Part shown: piece by piece, positions 36,378 to 46,123 of the stretch
Position numbering within the stretch: position 1 is the stretch's first letter
How the letters are laid out: every line of letters begins with the position of its first letter
NCBI GenBank assembly: GCA_965661285.1
Contig: CBFIDD010000001.1
Location: 256,001 to 320,000, forward strand
Direction: 5' to 3'
From: Poseidonia sp.
Lineage (GTDB): Archaea > Thermoplasmatota > Poseidoniia > Poseidoniales > Poseidoniaceae
DNA length: 64,000 nt
Position numbers and translations under genes: made by a program
Notes under the pieces: generated by a model
The model's input: the letters and a program-made list of their open reading frames with translations, nothing else
Databases searched by the model: none
Told to the model about the DNA's origin: nothing

Positions 36378-39300
36378 CGCTCCAGTGAAAACCGTTGGTT
36401 GTCATCAACCGTAGCCATGGCTTTGAGTTGCAACCCTTTGAGGGCCAACACAGGAGCATCGTCCTCACCGACGATAACAACGTCGTGAACGGTGATGCCA
36501 TCACCCGGGGCGCCAACTTGGAGGCTTCGCAACCGAAGCGTTTCATCAGCATCGGGAACCCTCAGCATGGTCGACCAGGCGATACCCACGGGAAGGCTGC
36601 TGTAGCCAAGCAGTTCCATGGCCACGAGGCCTGCGTTCTGGAAGCCAGCTTCGATCAGCATCGGGAGCGCTTCGAGCAACACCTGCTCACCGTCAGATTC
36701 CAAGGCAAACTGGTCTGTTTCGGGGAGTTGATGTCGCATCAACGCCAGCCCGTCAATACCTTGTCGGCCTTCATCACCAACGCCTCGAAGCACACCTCCG
36801 TGAGATTGGAAGCGTGGGCCGTGGAAGTACCGGTCGTAGATGAAGGAGGCGGGATGGAGCACATCGCCCGATGGAGGTGTGCCCGTTTCGGGTAATTCAT
36901 CGACTTCACCTTGCAAGAACGGCCGCAGGTCTTCGTGCTTCTCGATAAGACGAACAAGCGCCGAGTGGTGTTCTCGCTCGCCGAACACTTCGCCCTTTGA
37001 GTTGGCCAAATCTGACACCAAACGACAACGCACCCATGTAAGGTCGCCTTCGGAGCGTTCGATATTGACCTCAACACGAACCGTCATCGGGCCTTTCAGA
37101 AGTTTGACGGGCAGCCCAAAGCTGACCTCTTCAAAACCAGCTAAACATGTGGTGGGGAGGAGAAGCAGCGAGGATTGGGCAAACATTTCGAGGGCCATCA
37201 CGCCAGGGTGGTAAGGGACGCCCTCAATGGCATGGTCGGTCAAGAAAGGATGGTCCTCCTCCGAAAGGGTGGTCTGGGTGACCATGTGCTGGTGTTCTTC
37301 CAAGGCCACGACCTTGTCGACGAACGGGAACCGTGTGGGGTCAGCGATGGTGGCGGCCATGCTCGGAGGCAACTTCAGCGGTGCTTCTCGGAACGAATCA
37401 AAGCGGTCCATCACGCCCAGCGTACCGCACCCAAGCACCCTGCGTTTTCCACCCTGAAGGGCTTCGGCAACGAAGAGGGCCACGCCGTCCTCAACGGCGA
37501 GCGTCTCAATACCTGCAGCAGCGAAGACCGCTTCAATGGAGCCTCGGGTGGCCATGCCAACATCGCGCCAACCCGTCCAACCGATGGCCACCGCCCTGCA
37601 GGCCGTGGTCGCCGTCAGGCGTGCCATTTCAGCATCCAGGACCGAGTTGGCGGCAGCGTAGTCTGTTTGTCCGCCGTTTCCAAACCGACCGGCCACGCTG
37701 GTGAAACAGCAAGCGAAGTCGGGAACGTCCCGTCCCGAAGCCTGAACGGCCGACATCAAAGCCCGCCAACCGTCAATCTTCACCCGAACAACCCGATCGA
37801 ACACCTCGTAGGCTTTGTCGGCAACGAGCTTTGAGTCTTCCAAACCTGCGCCGTGAACGATTCCGGTGATGGGGCGTCCAAGCGACGCCCCAAGTTGTGC
37901 AAGGCCTTCGTGGTCCATCACGTCGATGGAGTGGTAGGTAGCCTGATTGCCGGTTTGAACGATGGCGTCCAGCGTGAGATAGACATCGCGACTGCGAGTA
38001 AAGCGTTGCCACGCAGTATTCCATTCCACCATGGTGACCTTTCCGGTTTCACTGGCCTCGATGAGGCGCTCACGCAGGGCGTTCTTCTCCTCAGCGAGTT
38101 GGTCTTCGGTCCAGCCAATCCAATCGGCGGTCGATTCGATAAGGGTTGAGCGACCAAGCAACTCGAAGTGCGCTCCGGCCTTTGGACTCGCTTGAGCGAC
38201 GCCGATGATGGACGCAGCCGTCACACCAGAGCCACCGCCGGACACCAACCACGTATCTTCGGCTGTCAACGGTTGGACCTCCTCCACAACGTCCTCTGCG
38301 AAAGCGACCAGCGACCAGCGGCGTCCGTCTCGGTCAAGACCAATCTCGACTTCTCCCGCAAGACCGAGCAGGTCCTTTTCGATGCGCTGTGCAGCATCGT
38401 CGGCCTCCAAAACAAAGTCAGGATGAAGGTCCAGCGCACGACAACGAAGGTCGGGACGCTCGAAGGCATACGACTTCGTGATGCCGCTGGCGGCACATTG
38501 GATCGCATTGAAGCGGTCGCCCTTGTTTCCGTGCCGTCCGTCGAGAGAAGAAACAGAGGCGATAAAGCCGGAGGAATCAGTTGGGATGCTCTGGCCCAAT
38601 TCCTTGAGAAGGCCAAACCAGCCCTGGGCTGCGAGCGCGATTTGAGAGGATGGATAGGTGTCTTCGGACCACTGCTCTGATGCGAGTTTCATCGGCGCCA
38701 TGTGAACCAGGCCTGCAAGGCGAACGCCGGCGAGTTGGGTTGCAATCCAAGCCAAATGCTCGGGTTGTTCGGGGTCGGCTCGGAACACGGTGCGACCGGC
38801 TTCTTCCTGACGAGATGCATCGCGAATGCGGCTCTCAAAGCCAATGCGAACAGCGCTCAAACCTCGCGCCTCCATGCGCTGACAAAAGGCTTCAGCGATG
38901 CCCCAGCCGTCGTCAGACACGACCACCGTGCCTTCGGGATGCAGCGGAGCGGCCACACCCGGACATCCTTCTATTTCCACTTGCCATCGGCGAGGACCCT
39001 CTGCGTGGGTCGAGGACGAGACGGGGGCAGAGATTTCGGCCACCTCATCAGCAACCTCAACCTCAGGTGCCTTTGGCGTCGGGCTTCCGCCCTGCATCTT
39101 CACGATGTAGGCGGTGAAGTGGTTCAGCGTCGGATGGTCTGCGAGCACAAAGTCTTCGTCAACGGGCAGCGAGAAGCGGTCCCTGATTTCGGCCATGATC
39201 TCGGCTTGTTTGACCGTATCAATGCCCAGTTCACCCTCGAGATCCTGGTCCAATTCGATGAAATCCGCTGGGTAGCCTGTGTGGTCGACGACGACCGAAA

Positions 39301-42300
39301 CGAGCACACCTTCGATTTCGGGGTGCGATTGGTTGGCCGCTGTGGAAGGCGATGGTGCGGTGGGCGCAGGCGTCGGGGCGGGCGTTGCGGGGGCTGGTGC
39401 TGGAGGAGTGGCTCTAGTCGCTGTTTGAGCGGCAGCACCGCCCTGCATGCGCTGGATGTAGCCAATCATGTGATTCAGTGTCGGGTGGTCGGCCAGGACG
39501 AAGTCCTCGTCAACGGGCAGACTGAATTTGTCGCGAATATCAGCCATGATTTCGGCTTGCTTGACGGTATCAATACCCAATTCGCCCTCGAGGTCCTGGT
39601 CGAGTTCAATGAAATCAGCGGGGTAGCCCGTGTGATCAACGACCACGGCGACGACCGTGGCGGTCATCTCGGCATCGTCAAGCGGAGCGGCAGGAGCAGA
39701 AGCTGCGGGGGCTGATGCTGGAGCTTGAGCCGAAACGGGTTCGGGGACGGCCAGTGCAGCGACTTCTGCGGGGGTTGATGGTGCGGGCTCGCCACTCGTC
39801 ATGCGTTGAATGTAGCCGATCATATGGTTGAGGGTGGGGTAGTCGGCGAGCACGAAATCCTCGTCGATGGGGAGTCCAAACCTGTCGCGTATGTCAGCCA
39901 TAATTTCGGCTTGCTTCACCGTATCAATGCCCAATTCGCCCTCAAGGTCTTGGTCGAGTTCAACAAAGTCAGCCGGATATCCGGTGTGGTTGACCACCAC
40001 GTCGATCACGGTGGCGACCATGTTCTCGTCGTTCACGACAGTTGGGGCAGCAGCGGGTACAGCGGGTGCAGCGGGTGCTGCAGGAGCGAGCGAGGATTCC
40101 ACCGGCGCGGCCGTTGGTGCTGGTTCCGGCTTCGGGGAAGGCTGCATTGGTTGAGGGGTGGACACTGAGGGCTTGCCCTCCCACGGTGCTGTGTACGGCC
40201 ATGGCTCGCCTTGGATGCCACCGTGGAGGTTGTTCTCTCCGTCGACATATGCCACGAGTTTGTTCTGGAGAACCCGCATGACCACATCGTCCGTGCCCGC
40301 AAGTCCTCTGGCCCAAGCGAGTAAGCGAGCACCGTCGATACGCTCGCCTTCCACTGGCCATCTTCGCATCAACGACAAAGCGATTTGTGAACCAAAGCCA
40401 GCTGCAAAGCGCAAACCGTATTCCAATTCGGGATAGTCGCCTCCGGTGGAAAGGTTGAGGTCGCCCAATTCAGGGTCCTTTTCCTTGTGGTTGGCGATGG
40501 GGGGAATGCGTCGTGTCTTCAGGCCGTAGAACATGCTGGCATCTTCGATACCAACCGCCATCGGATGGCCGGTGAAGCCTTTCGTATTGGCAATCACCAA
40601 TTTGTTGGTCGATTCACCAAAGGTGTCGCGCAGCGCCTTGACCTCGGATTGGGCCGAACCGCCACGGGCCGGCGTGTAGGTTTCGTGGGAGAAGAAGACC
40701 GTGTTCGGGGCCATGGCGTGTCGGTCAAGCCCCCAGCGTCGCTCCATATCGGTGATGAAGCTGTTGACCACCTGGCCCACGTGCTCCACATCCAAGCGCG
40801 TGCCGTGGTAGGCAGAATTGGCGGTGGTGGAACCGAGGAACTCAGCGATGGGTTGCACGCCACGCTGTTGGGCCTCTGAGTTGCGCTCCACGACAAAGGC
40901 GGCTGCACCCATGCCCAAAATGAGCCCGTTTCGACGGCGATCAAAGGGCAGGGCGGTTTCTTCGACGACGTTGTTGGTCGCTGCGGCACCCGAGGCGGCA
41001 AAGCCGCCAGCGATCCACTCCCAAAGGTCGTCGCCCGTCACATCGTCACCGCTGATGATGACCACGCGGTCAACCCGGCCGGCGTCAAGCCAGTCCTCTG
41101 CAACACCAAAAGCAGCGGTTGCTGAGGCACATGCGAGGTTGATGGTGGTGTTTGGTCCTCGAATACCGGTGTATTGTGCGAACTGAGAATGGCCCATGTT
41201 CAGCGTTTGGAACAGGTAGCGTCGGTCGAACCGACCCTCACCGTCATCGCCGTTGGTCTTGGCGTGTTTGGACGCCATCTGAAGGCCGGGGAAACAGGAT
41301 GAGAAGACGATGCCCGTGCGCTCTCGTTGGATTTGAGGCACCTGCCAGTTGCGAATCAGGCGGAGTCCACCCTTTCCGATTTGTTCAACCGGCGTCAGCG
41401 GAATACCTGCGTCTCGCAGCGCCAGCAAACCAGCAGCCACCGCCAGTTGGGTACTGATATCCCACGCCACGATGGCTTTCGGGTCAATACCAAATTCTTC
41501 GGCGAGGTCAAAGGCACCCTTCAGCCCTGCAAGCTGAGGGATGTCACCAAACACGGTGGCTTGGTCCATGTTGACCGAGCCATCTCTGCCCTTGATGAGG
41601 CGAACGATGTTTTTGTCCAAGAGACGCTGCTTGTATTCGTCCGAAACTTCGCTGATGCAGGTCTCGCCTCGAACCAGTTTCTCAAAGGCGTCTTCCGAGA
41701 AGACCCGGTCCATACCGGGCAAACCGAGCGAAACACCGGTGACCACGTACGGGTCAGCATCCCGCCTCGTGCCCTGTTGAAGCATCGAGACGGTGGAGAC
41801 CGGCGCCACCTTGAGATTGGAGGGGGCTGAAACCGAGGTCATCGGCGACCAGGAGGAGGGCGGTGTGCGAACCCAGCGAGCGAGGTCTCCAGCCGTTTGG
41901 GCGGCGGTCCCATCAAACTCAGGGTCGATTTCTGCCTCCGAAGCGATGGTGGCCACGACCCGTTGGACTTCGTCGGCGGTGAGGCCCAAACCCGCTGTGA
42001 GCGATACCTGGCCGTGACAAAAGGAGGCAGGATAGCCGCTGTGAGCCGCGATTCGGTCGCCGACATAGGCCCTGATGGCGCGGTCGAGTGCAAACTGTGA
42101 ATCCATCGGGCCGGTATGGACGGTCGCTGCTGGTGCGACTGGGGTCGGGCTTGCCCCACTTCCAGGCAACGGTCGTGCCCGGGTGCGCAGGGATTCCTGT
42201 GCGGCACTGGAGGATGAGGAGGAGAGAGGAGCAGCCTGGCGGGCTTCAAGCGGTCCCGCCTTGAAAGCGTCCTGGAGCGCATCCGAATCAAGCGAAGGCC

Positions 42301-45205
42301 AAGATGGAGGGCGACCGGCGAGCGCCAAGGCACCAAGAGCCGTCATGAAACTCGCAATACCGCCCTGTTTTGGATGGTTGGTCATGATGGGCACGTGAGG
42401 CTGACCCTCGAGGATTTGCATAGCAAACATGGTCAACGCACGCTTTGGACCGACCTCAACAAACAAGCGTCCGCCGGCAGCGTACATGGTTTCGATCTGC
42501 TTGGTCCATTCTACCGAGGAAGCCATTTGCGGAGCGAGTTTCTCCAAAATGGCCGTCTTGGCGTCGTCGCCTTTGTCGGGATAGAACGTGCCGTCGACAT
42601 TGGCGGTGATGGGGACCTCAGGCCAGCGGATTTCCAAGCCCTCCAAGAACCGGCGAAGCGGTTCGTTTGCTGGGGCTACGATTCGAGAGTGGAAGGCGTG
42701 TGAGGTCGCCAAGGCAACGCAGGAGAACCCTTGCGCCTCAAACATCTCCATGGCGGCCTTGACGGGTTCGGTTTCTCCGGCAATGACCGTCATCTTGGGC
42801 GAGTTTTTGTTGGCCGCGATCACATACCCCTCGGTCGCTTCAAGCACCGCCTCGACCGCCTCATAGGGCGCGGTTACGCTGGCCATCAAGCCCTTGTCGT
42901 CGATTTCAACGGCGCCCATTTCCGTTCCGCGCGCTGCGGCGGCGCGCAGTGCTCCGTCCATATCCAAAATACCAGAGGACATGAGGGCGGCGTATTCACC
43001 CAACGAGTGGCCTGCGACCATGTCAGGTGAGTGCCCGTAGGTTTGGAGAGTCCGCTCAATCGCCAAGTCGGCGGTGAGCATCGCAGGTTGCGTGTATTCG
43101 GTCTGCTTGAGTTTGTGCTCTGCTTCTTTCAATTCATCCTTAGAGAGCGCCGAGCGCAAGACAAATCCTGAGAGGGTCTCGCCTCCCAGCACCTCAACCA
43201 TCGTTTCATCGGCCTGTTCCCAAACGGCTGCGGGGGCCGTGAAGCGTTGCACCAAATCGGCGGTCATCCCGACGTATTGACTCCCCTGCCCGGGGTACAT
43301 GTGAACGGTTTTTGCCTCGGCCGGCATGGCAGGCTGGTCGGTCAGCAACACACCTTGTGCCTGCAAGAAGCCCCACTTCTCGGCGTCCATCATGGCCTGG
43401 CTCGCCAGGGTTTGTCGCTTCGCAAATTCGGCCCAAGACGTCGCCACGAGTGCCATGCGAACCGCTTGATTGGAATCAAAGGCCGAACTCGCGGTTTGCA
43501 GCGCCTCAGAGAGTCGGCGACCCTTCGGGTCGTCATCGAACAAGGGGGCGTCAAACGAGACCTGAGTCAGCTGTGCATGAAGCGCCTCAAGGGAGTCATC
43601 GGAGAGCAGCAACACGCCGCCTTCAACGGCTTTGAGCGCCTCGTGCGACATGGTTGCAGGAATGGACGGGTCAAAAATCGAGGGAGCACTGACCTCCGCT
43701 TGCCCGCTGTAGGCCGTCCAACGGGCGTCCCAATCCGAAGCCAACGGCACGTGATAGTCGGGCTCATAGCCCTCGAGAGCGATGTGGAAGTTCGTGCCAC
43801 CAAAGCCGAACGCCGAAACACCTGCACGTCGAGGATGGCCTTCGGGCCGTGGCCATTCAAGCGGTGCCGTGGGAACAAAGAAGGGAATGTTGGACCAGTC
43901 CACCGTTGGATTGGGCGTCTCGAAATTCGCACTCGGAGGGATGGTTCGGTGGTGCAAAGCCATGACCGATTTCATAATGCCCGCAATGCCAGCAGCTGCC
44001 TTGAGGTGCCCAATTTGGGATTTGATGGAGCCAACGGCGACGTTGCCGCTCCCCTCAACGCCCGTCCACAACCTGGAGAGCGTGGAAAGTTCGGTTGCAT
44101 CACCAACCTTGGTCGACGTCCCGTGAGCTTCCACCAGTTCAACCGTCGATGCAGGGTAGCCTGCTTGGCTGTACGCTCGGGCAATGGCCTGAATTTGACC
44201 TCGCTGGCTCGGGGCCGTGATGCCTTTTCCTCGGCCATCAGAAGAGCCCCCAACCCCGCGTATCACGCTGTAGATTTCATCATCATCCCGAATGGCATCG
44301 CTCAGCCGCTTCAGCACCAGAACACCTGCACCCTCACCCATGACGAAGCCGTTGGCTCGGGCGTCAAAAGGCGACGAGTGGGAGGGCGAAAGGGCGCCGA
44401 TAGCCGAGAACTTCGCAAAGGTTGCAGGGTCCATGGTTCGGTCGGTTGCCCCTGCGAGCATGACGTCCACCTGGCGTGTTTGAAGCAGGCGACACGCATC
44501 GAGAACTGCAGCCATCGAGGAGGCGCATGCGGCGTCCATGGCGTGATTGGGCCCTTGCAAATCCAGCAGATTCGCGACACGTCCCGAAACCACGTTGGCC
44601 AGTTCACCGGGCATGGTGTCTTCATCCACCCGAGGCGTGCCCTCAAGAATCGCTTCGGCAAACTCGTCTGCTTTTCCTTCGGGCAGACCGTGTTGCTTCG
44701 CCACGTTCGTTGTGTGGTTGGACCACACGCGAATGTTCGACAAGTTGCGGTTTTCTCCACCAAGCGCATTGGCGAAGACGACCCCGGTTTTTGTTCGGTC
44801 AATGTCGCGTGAGTCCCCATCATAACCAGCGTGCTCGATGGCGTCTGCGGAAACGGAAACGGCCCACAACTGACACGGATCGATTTGCGGCAATGTTCCG
44901 GGTGGTTGACGCCACCTGCGCCAGTCAAACTCAGCATCGGAGACCAATGCGCCAATCTTGGCGTAGGTGTACCCTTCGGTGTGTTGCCCGGGGCCGCCCT
45001 CTTTCCAGAAATGGTTGATTGGACCGGGCCAACGCCCCTCTGGAAGCGGTCGGATGCTCACTTTGGCGTCGAGAATGTTTTGCCAAAACGCATTGATATC
45101 CGGCGCATCTGGCATGAGGGCGCCAAGACCGATGACGGCAATCGGCTCGAAGGGCCCCTGCTCGATCCCCTCGCATGGTTTGCCGTCTGCTGTCGTCAAC
45201 GTCAT
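36374..45205 (-). CDS. Type I PKS/FAS megasynthase (PfaA-related): KS-AT-pseudoACP-KS-ACP-ACP-ACP-KR-DH
   Basis: KS1 DAACASS/EAHGTST/GHLK; AT GQGSQ/GHSLG/HAFH; KS2 NLACAS/SHET/KGFTGH; three LGIDTVKQ ACPs; KR GGGSGV/YAAAN; DH H-x3-G-x4-P (DHAIEGVPYHP). Confidence 0.95.
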   Translation of the reverse strand: MTLTTADGKPCEGIEQGPFEPIAVIGLGALMPDAPDINAFWQNILDAKVSIRPLPEGRWPGPINHFWKEGGPGQHTEGYTYAKIGALVSDAEFDWRRWRQPPGTLPQIDPCQLWAVSVSADAIEHAGYDGDSRDIDRTKTGVVFANALGGENRNLSNIRVWSNHTTNVAKQHGLPEGKADEFAEAILEGTPRVDEDTMPGELANVVSGRVANLLDLQGPNHAMDAACASSMAAVLDACRLLQTRQVDVMLAGATDRTMDPATFAKFSAIGALSPSHSSPFDARANGFVMGEGAGVLVLKRLSDAIRDDDEIYSVIRGVGGSSDGRGKGITAPSQRGQIQAIARAYSQAGYPASTVELVEAHGTSTKVGDATELSTLSRLWTGVEGSGNVAVGSIKSQIGHLKAAAGIAGIMKSVMALHHRTIPPSANFETPNPTVDWSNIPFFVPTAPLEWPRPEGHPRRAGVSAFGFGGTNFHIALEGYEPDYHVPLASDWDARWTAYSGQAEVSAPSIFDPSIPATMSHEALKAVEGGVLLLSDDSLEALHAQLTQVSFDAPLFDDDPKGRRLSEALQTASSAFDSNQAVRMALVATSWAEFAKRQTLASQAMMDAEKWGFLQAQGVLLTDQPAMPAEAKTVHMYPGQGSQYVGMTADLVQRFTAPAAVWEQADETMVEVLGGETLSGFVLRSALSKDELKEAEHKLKQTEYTQPAMLTADLAIERTLQTYGHSPDMVAGHSLGEYAALMSSGILDMDGALRAAAARGTEMGAVEIDDKGLMASVTAPYEAVEAVLEATEGYVIAANKNSPKMTVIAGETEPVKAAMEMFEAQGFSCVALATSHAFHSRIVAPANEPLRRFLEGLEIRWPEVPITANVDGTFYPDKGDDAKTAILEKLAPQMASSVEWTKQIETMYAAGGRLFVEVGPKRALTMFAMQILEGQPHVPIMTNHPKQGGIASFMTALGALALAGRPPSWPSLDSDALQDAFKAGPLEARQAAPLSSSSSSAAQESLRTRARPLPGSGASPTPVAPAATVHTGPMDSQFALDRAIRAYVGDRIAAHSGYPASFCHGQVSLTAGLGLTADEVQRVVATIASEAEIDPEFDGTAAQTAGDLARWVRTPPSSWSPMTSVSAPSNLKVAPVSTVSMLQQGTRRDADPYVVTGVSLGLPGMDRVFSEDAFEKLVRGETCISEVSDEYKQRLLDKNIVRLIKGRDGSVNMDQATVFGDIPQLAGLKGAFDLAEEFGIDPKAIVAWDISTQLAVAAGLLALRDAGIPLTPVEQIGKGGLRLIRNWQVPQIQRERTGIVFSSCFPGLQMASKHAKTNGDDGEGRFDRRYLFQTLNMGHSQFAQYTGIRGPNTTINLACASATAAFGVAEDWLDAGRVDRVVIISGDDVTGDDLWEWIAGGFAASGAAATNNVVEETALPFDRRRNGLILGMGAAAFVVERNSEAQQRGVQPIAEFLGSTTANSAYHGTRLDVEHVGQVVNSFITDMERRWGLDRHAMAPNTVFFSHETYTPARGGSAQSEVKALRDTFGESTNKLVIANTKGFTGHPMAVGIEDASMFYGLKTRRIPPIANHKEKDPELGDLNLSTGGDYPELEYGLRFAAGFGSQIALSLMRRWPVEGERIDGARLLAWARGLAGTDDVVMRVLQNKLVAYVDGENNLHGGIQGEPWPYTAPWEGKPSVSTPQPMQPSPKPEPAPTAAPVESSLAPAAPAAPAVPAAAPTVVNDENMVATVIDVVVNHTGYPADFVELDQDLEGELGIDTVKQAEIMADIRDRFGLPIDEDFVLADYPTLNHMIGYIQRMTSGEPAPSTPAEVAALAVPEPVSAQAPASAPAASAPAAPLDDAEMTATVVAVVVDHTGYPADFIELDQDLEGELGIDTVKQAEIMADIRDKFSLPVDEDFVLADHPTLNHMIGYIQRMQGGAAAQTATRATPPAPAPATPAPTPAPTAPSPSTAANQSHPEIEGVLVSVVVDHTGYPADFIELDQDLEGELGIDTVKQAEIMAEIRDRFSLPVDEDFVLADHPTLNHFTAYIVKMQGGSPTPKAPEVEVADEVAEISAPVSSSTHAEGPRRWQVEIEGCPGVAAPLHPEGTVVVSDDGWGIAEAFCQRMEARGLSAVRIGFESRIRDASRQEEAGRTVFRADPEQPEHLAWIATQLAGVRLAGLVHMAPMKLASEQWSEDTYPSSQIALAAQGWFGLLKELGQSIPTDSSGFIASVSSLDGRHGNKGDRFNAIQCAASGITKSYAFERPDLRCRALDLHPDFVLEADDAAQRIEKDLLGLAGEVEIGLDRDGRRWSLVAFAEDVVEEVQPLTAEDTWLVSGGGSGVTAASIIGVAQASPKAGAHFELLGRSTLIESTADWIGWTEDQLAEEKNALRERLIEASETGKVTMVEWNTAWQRFTRSRDVYLTLDAIVQTGNQATYHSIDVMDHEGLAQLGASLGRPITGIVHGAGLEDSKLVADKAYEVFDRVVRVKIDGWRALMSAVQASGRDVPDFACCFTSVAGRFGNGGQTDYAAANSVLDAEMARLTATTACRAVAIGWTGWRDVGMATRGSIEAVFAAAGIETLAVEDGVALFVAEALQGGKRRVLGCGTLGVMDRFDSFREAPLKLPPSMAATIADPTRFPFVDKVVALEEHQHMVTQTTLSEEDHPFLTDHAIEGVPYHPGVMALEMFAQSSLLLLPTTCLAGFEEVSFGLPVKLLKGPMTVRVEVNIERSEGDLTWVRCRLVSDLANSKGEVFGEREHHSALVRLIEKHEDLRPFLQGEVDELPETGTPPSGDVLHPASFIYDRYFHGPRFQSHGGVLRGVGDEGRQGIDGLALMRHQLPETDQFALESDGEQVLLEALPMLIEAGFQNAGLVAMELLGYSSLPVGIAWSTMLRVPDADETLRLRSLQVGAPGDGITVHDVVIVGEDDAPVLALKGLQLKAMATVDDNQRFSLER
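39095..40025 (-). repeat. Three tandem near-identical ACP domains separated by Pro/Ala linkers
   Basis: HTGYPADFxELDQDLEGELGIDTVKQAEIM...DEDFVLADxPTLNH occurs three times. Confidence 0.92.
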
Positions 45206-45214
45206 GTGAACACC

Positions 45215-46006
45215 TCAATTCATGATGCTTTCCGGCACCATCGTGATGGAATAGCCCGCATCAACGTAAACGCATTGACCTGTGACGCCCGCTGAGAGTG
45301 GACTGGCAAGCCACAAGGTTGCACCGGCCACATCGGCCTGACTGACGTTTCTTCGGAGCGGTGCGTTCGCTTCAACGTGATCTAAAATTCGGTCAAATCC
45401 AGGTATGCCGCTGGCAGCGATGGTCCGTATGGGCCCGGAGGAAATGGCATTGACACGATGACCCTCTGGCCCGAGATGGCAGGCGAGTTCACGTGTCCAG
45501 CACTCCAAAGCCGCTTTTGCCATGGACATGATGCCGTAACTGGGAACGAATCGATTGGAAGCCGCATACGTCAGTGTGATGGTTGAGGAACCGGGATTGA
45601 GGTAGGGGAGGGCGTGCTTGAGGCAGCGCTGAAGCGAATTCGCCGAGATGGTCATGGCGGTGTTGATGTCGTCGTCTTCAACAAAAAGAATGGGCCGGTC
45701 AAAACACGAGCGAGGCGCAAACCCGATGGCGTGGACCAAGATGTCCGCCTTCTTACCGGGGTGGTCTGCGGCAAAGGCGGTGAAAAATTCCTGCGTGGTG
45801 CTGTCCGAAGCGACGTCGAGCGGATAGAAACCACCGATGGCGGGAAGTTCGTCCTTGAGTTTGAACACACGACTCATGAATCGCTTCTGGTACCCCAGAT
45901 AGAGCGTGACCCCAGCCGCTGCCAATTGCTTGCAAATCGCCCATGCAATGGAGTCTTCGCTTGCCACTCCAAACACAAAGGCCGTTTTTCCTTCCAGTCC
46001 AAGCAT
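45215..46006 (-). CDS. fabI: Enoyl-ACP reductase (NADH), FabI type
   Basis: GVASEDSIAW, HAIGFAP, YGIMSMAK, NAISSGPIRT, YVDAG; GAGGAGG SD. Confidence 0.92.
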   Translation of the reverse strand: MLGLEGKTAFVFGVASEDSIAWAICKQLAAAGVTLYLGYQKRFMSRVFKLKDELPAIGGFYPLDVASDSTTQEFFTAFAADHPGKKADILVHAIGFAPRSCFDRPILFVEDDDINTAMTISANSLQRCLKHALPYLNPGSSTITLTYAASNRFVPSYGIMSMAKAALECWTRELACHLGPEGHRVNAISSGPIRTIAASGIPGFDRILDHVEANAPLRRNVSQADVAGATLWLASPLSAGVTGQCVYVDAGYSITMVPESIMN

Positions 46007-46123
46007 GAAAATCCTCCTCGGGGATTAGGTGTAGTGCGCTACACCAAGCCTTTGAGTGTTACCTCTCAAATCGTGCCACATCGGCCGAGTTCAAGACCGT
46101 AGAAGGAGCGCCAAAACGCAAGG

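Noticed and set aside
36374-45205. Calling the megasynthase a canonical omega-3 PUFA synthase (pfaA)
   Set aside because: No pfaB/C/D or FabA-type DH domains nearby, and it has an extra internal KS and a FabI partner, so the product cannot be assigned
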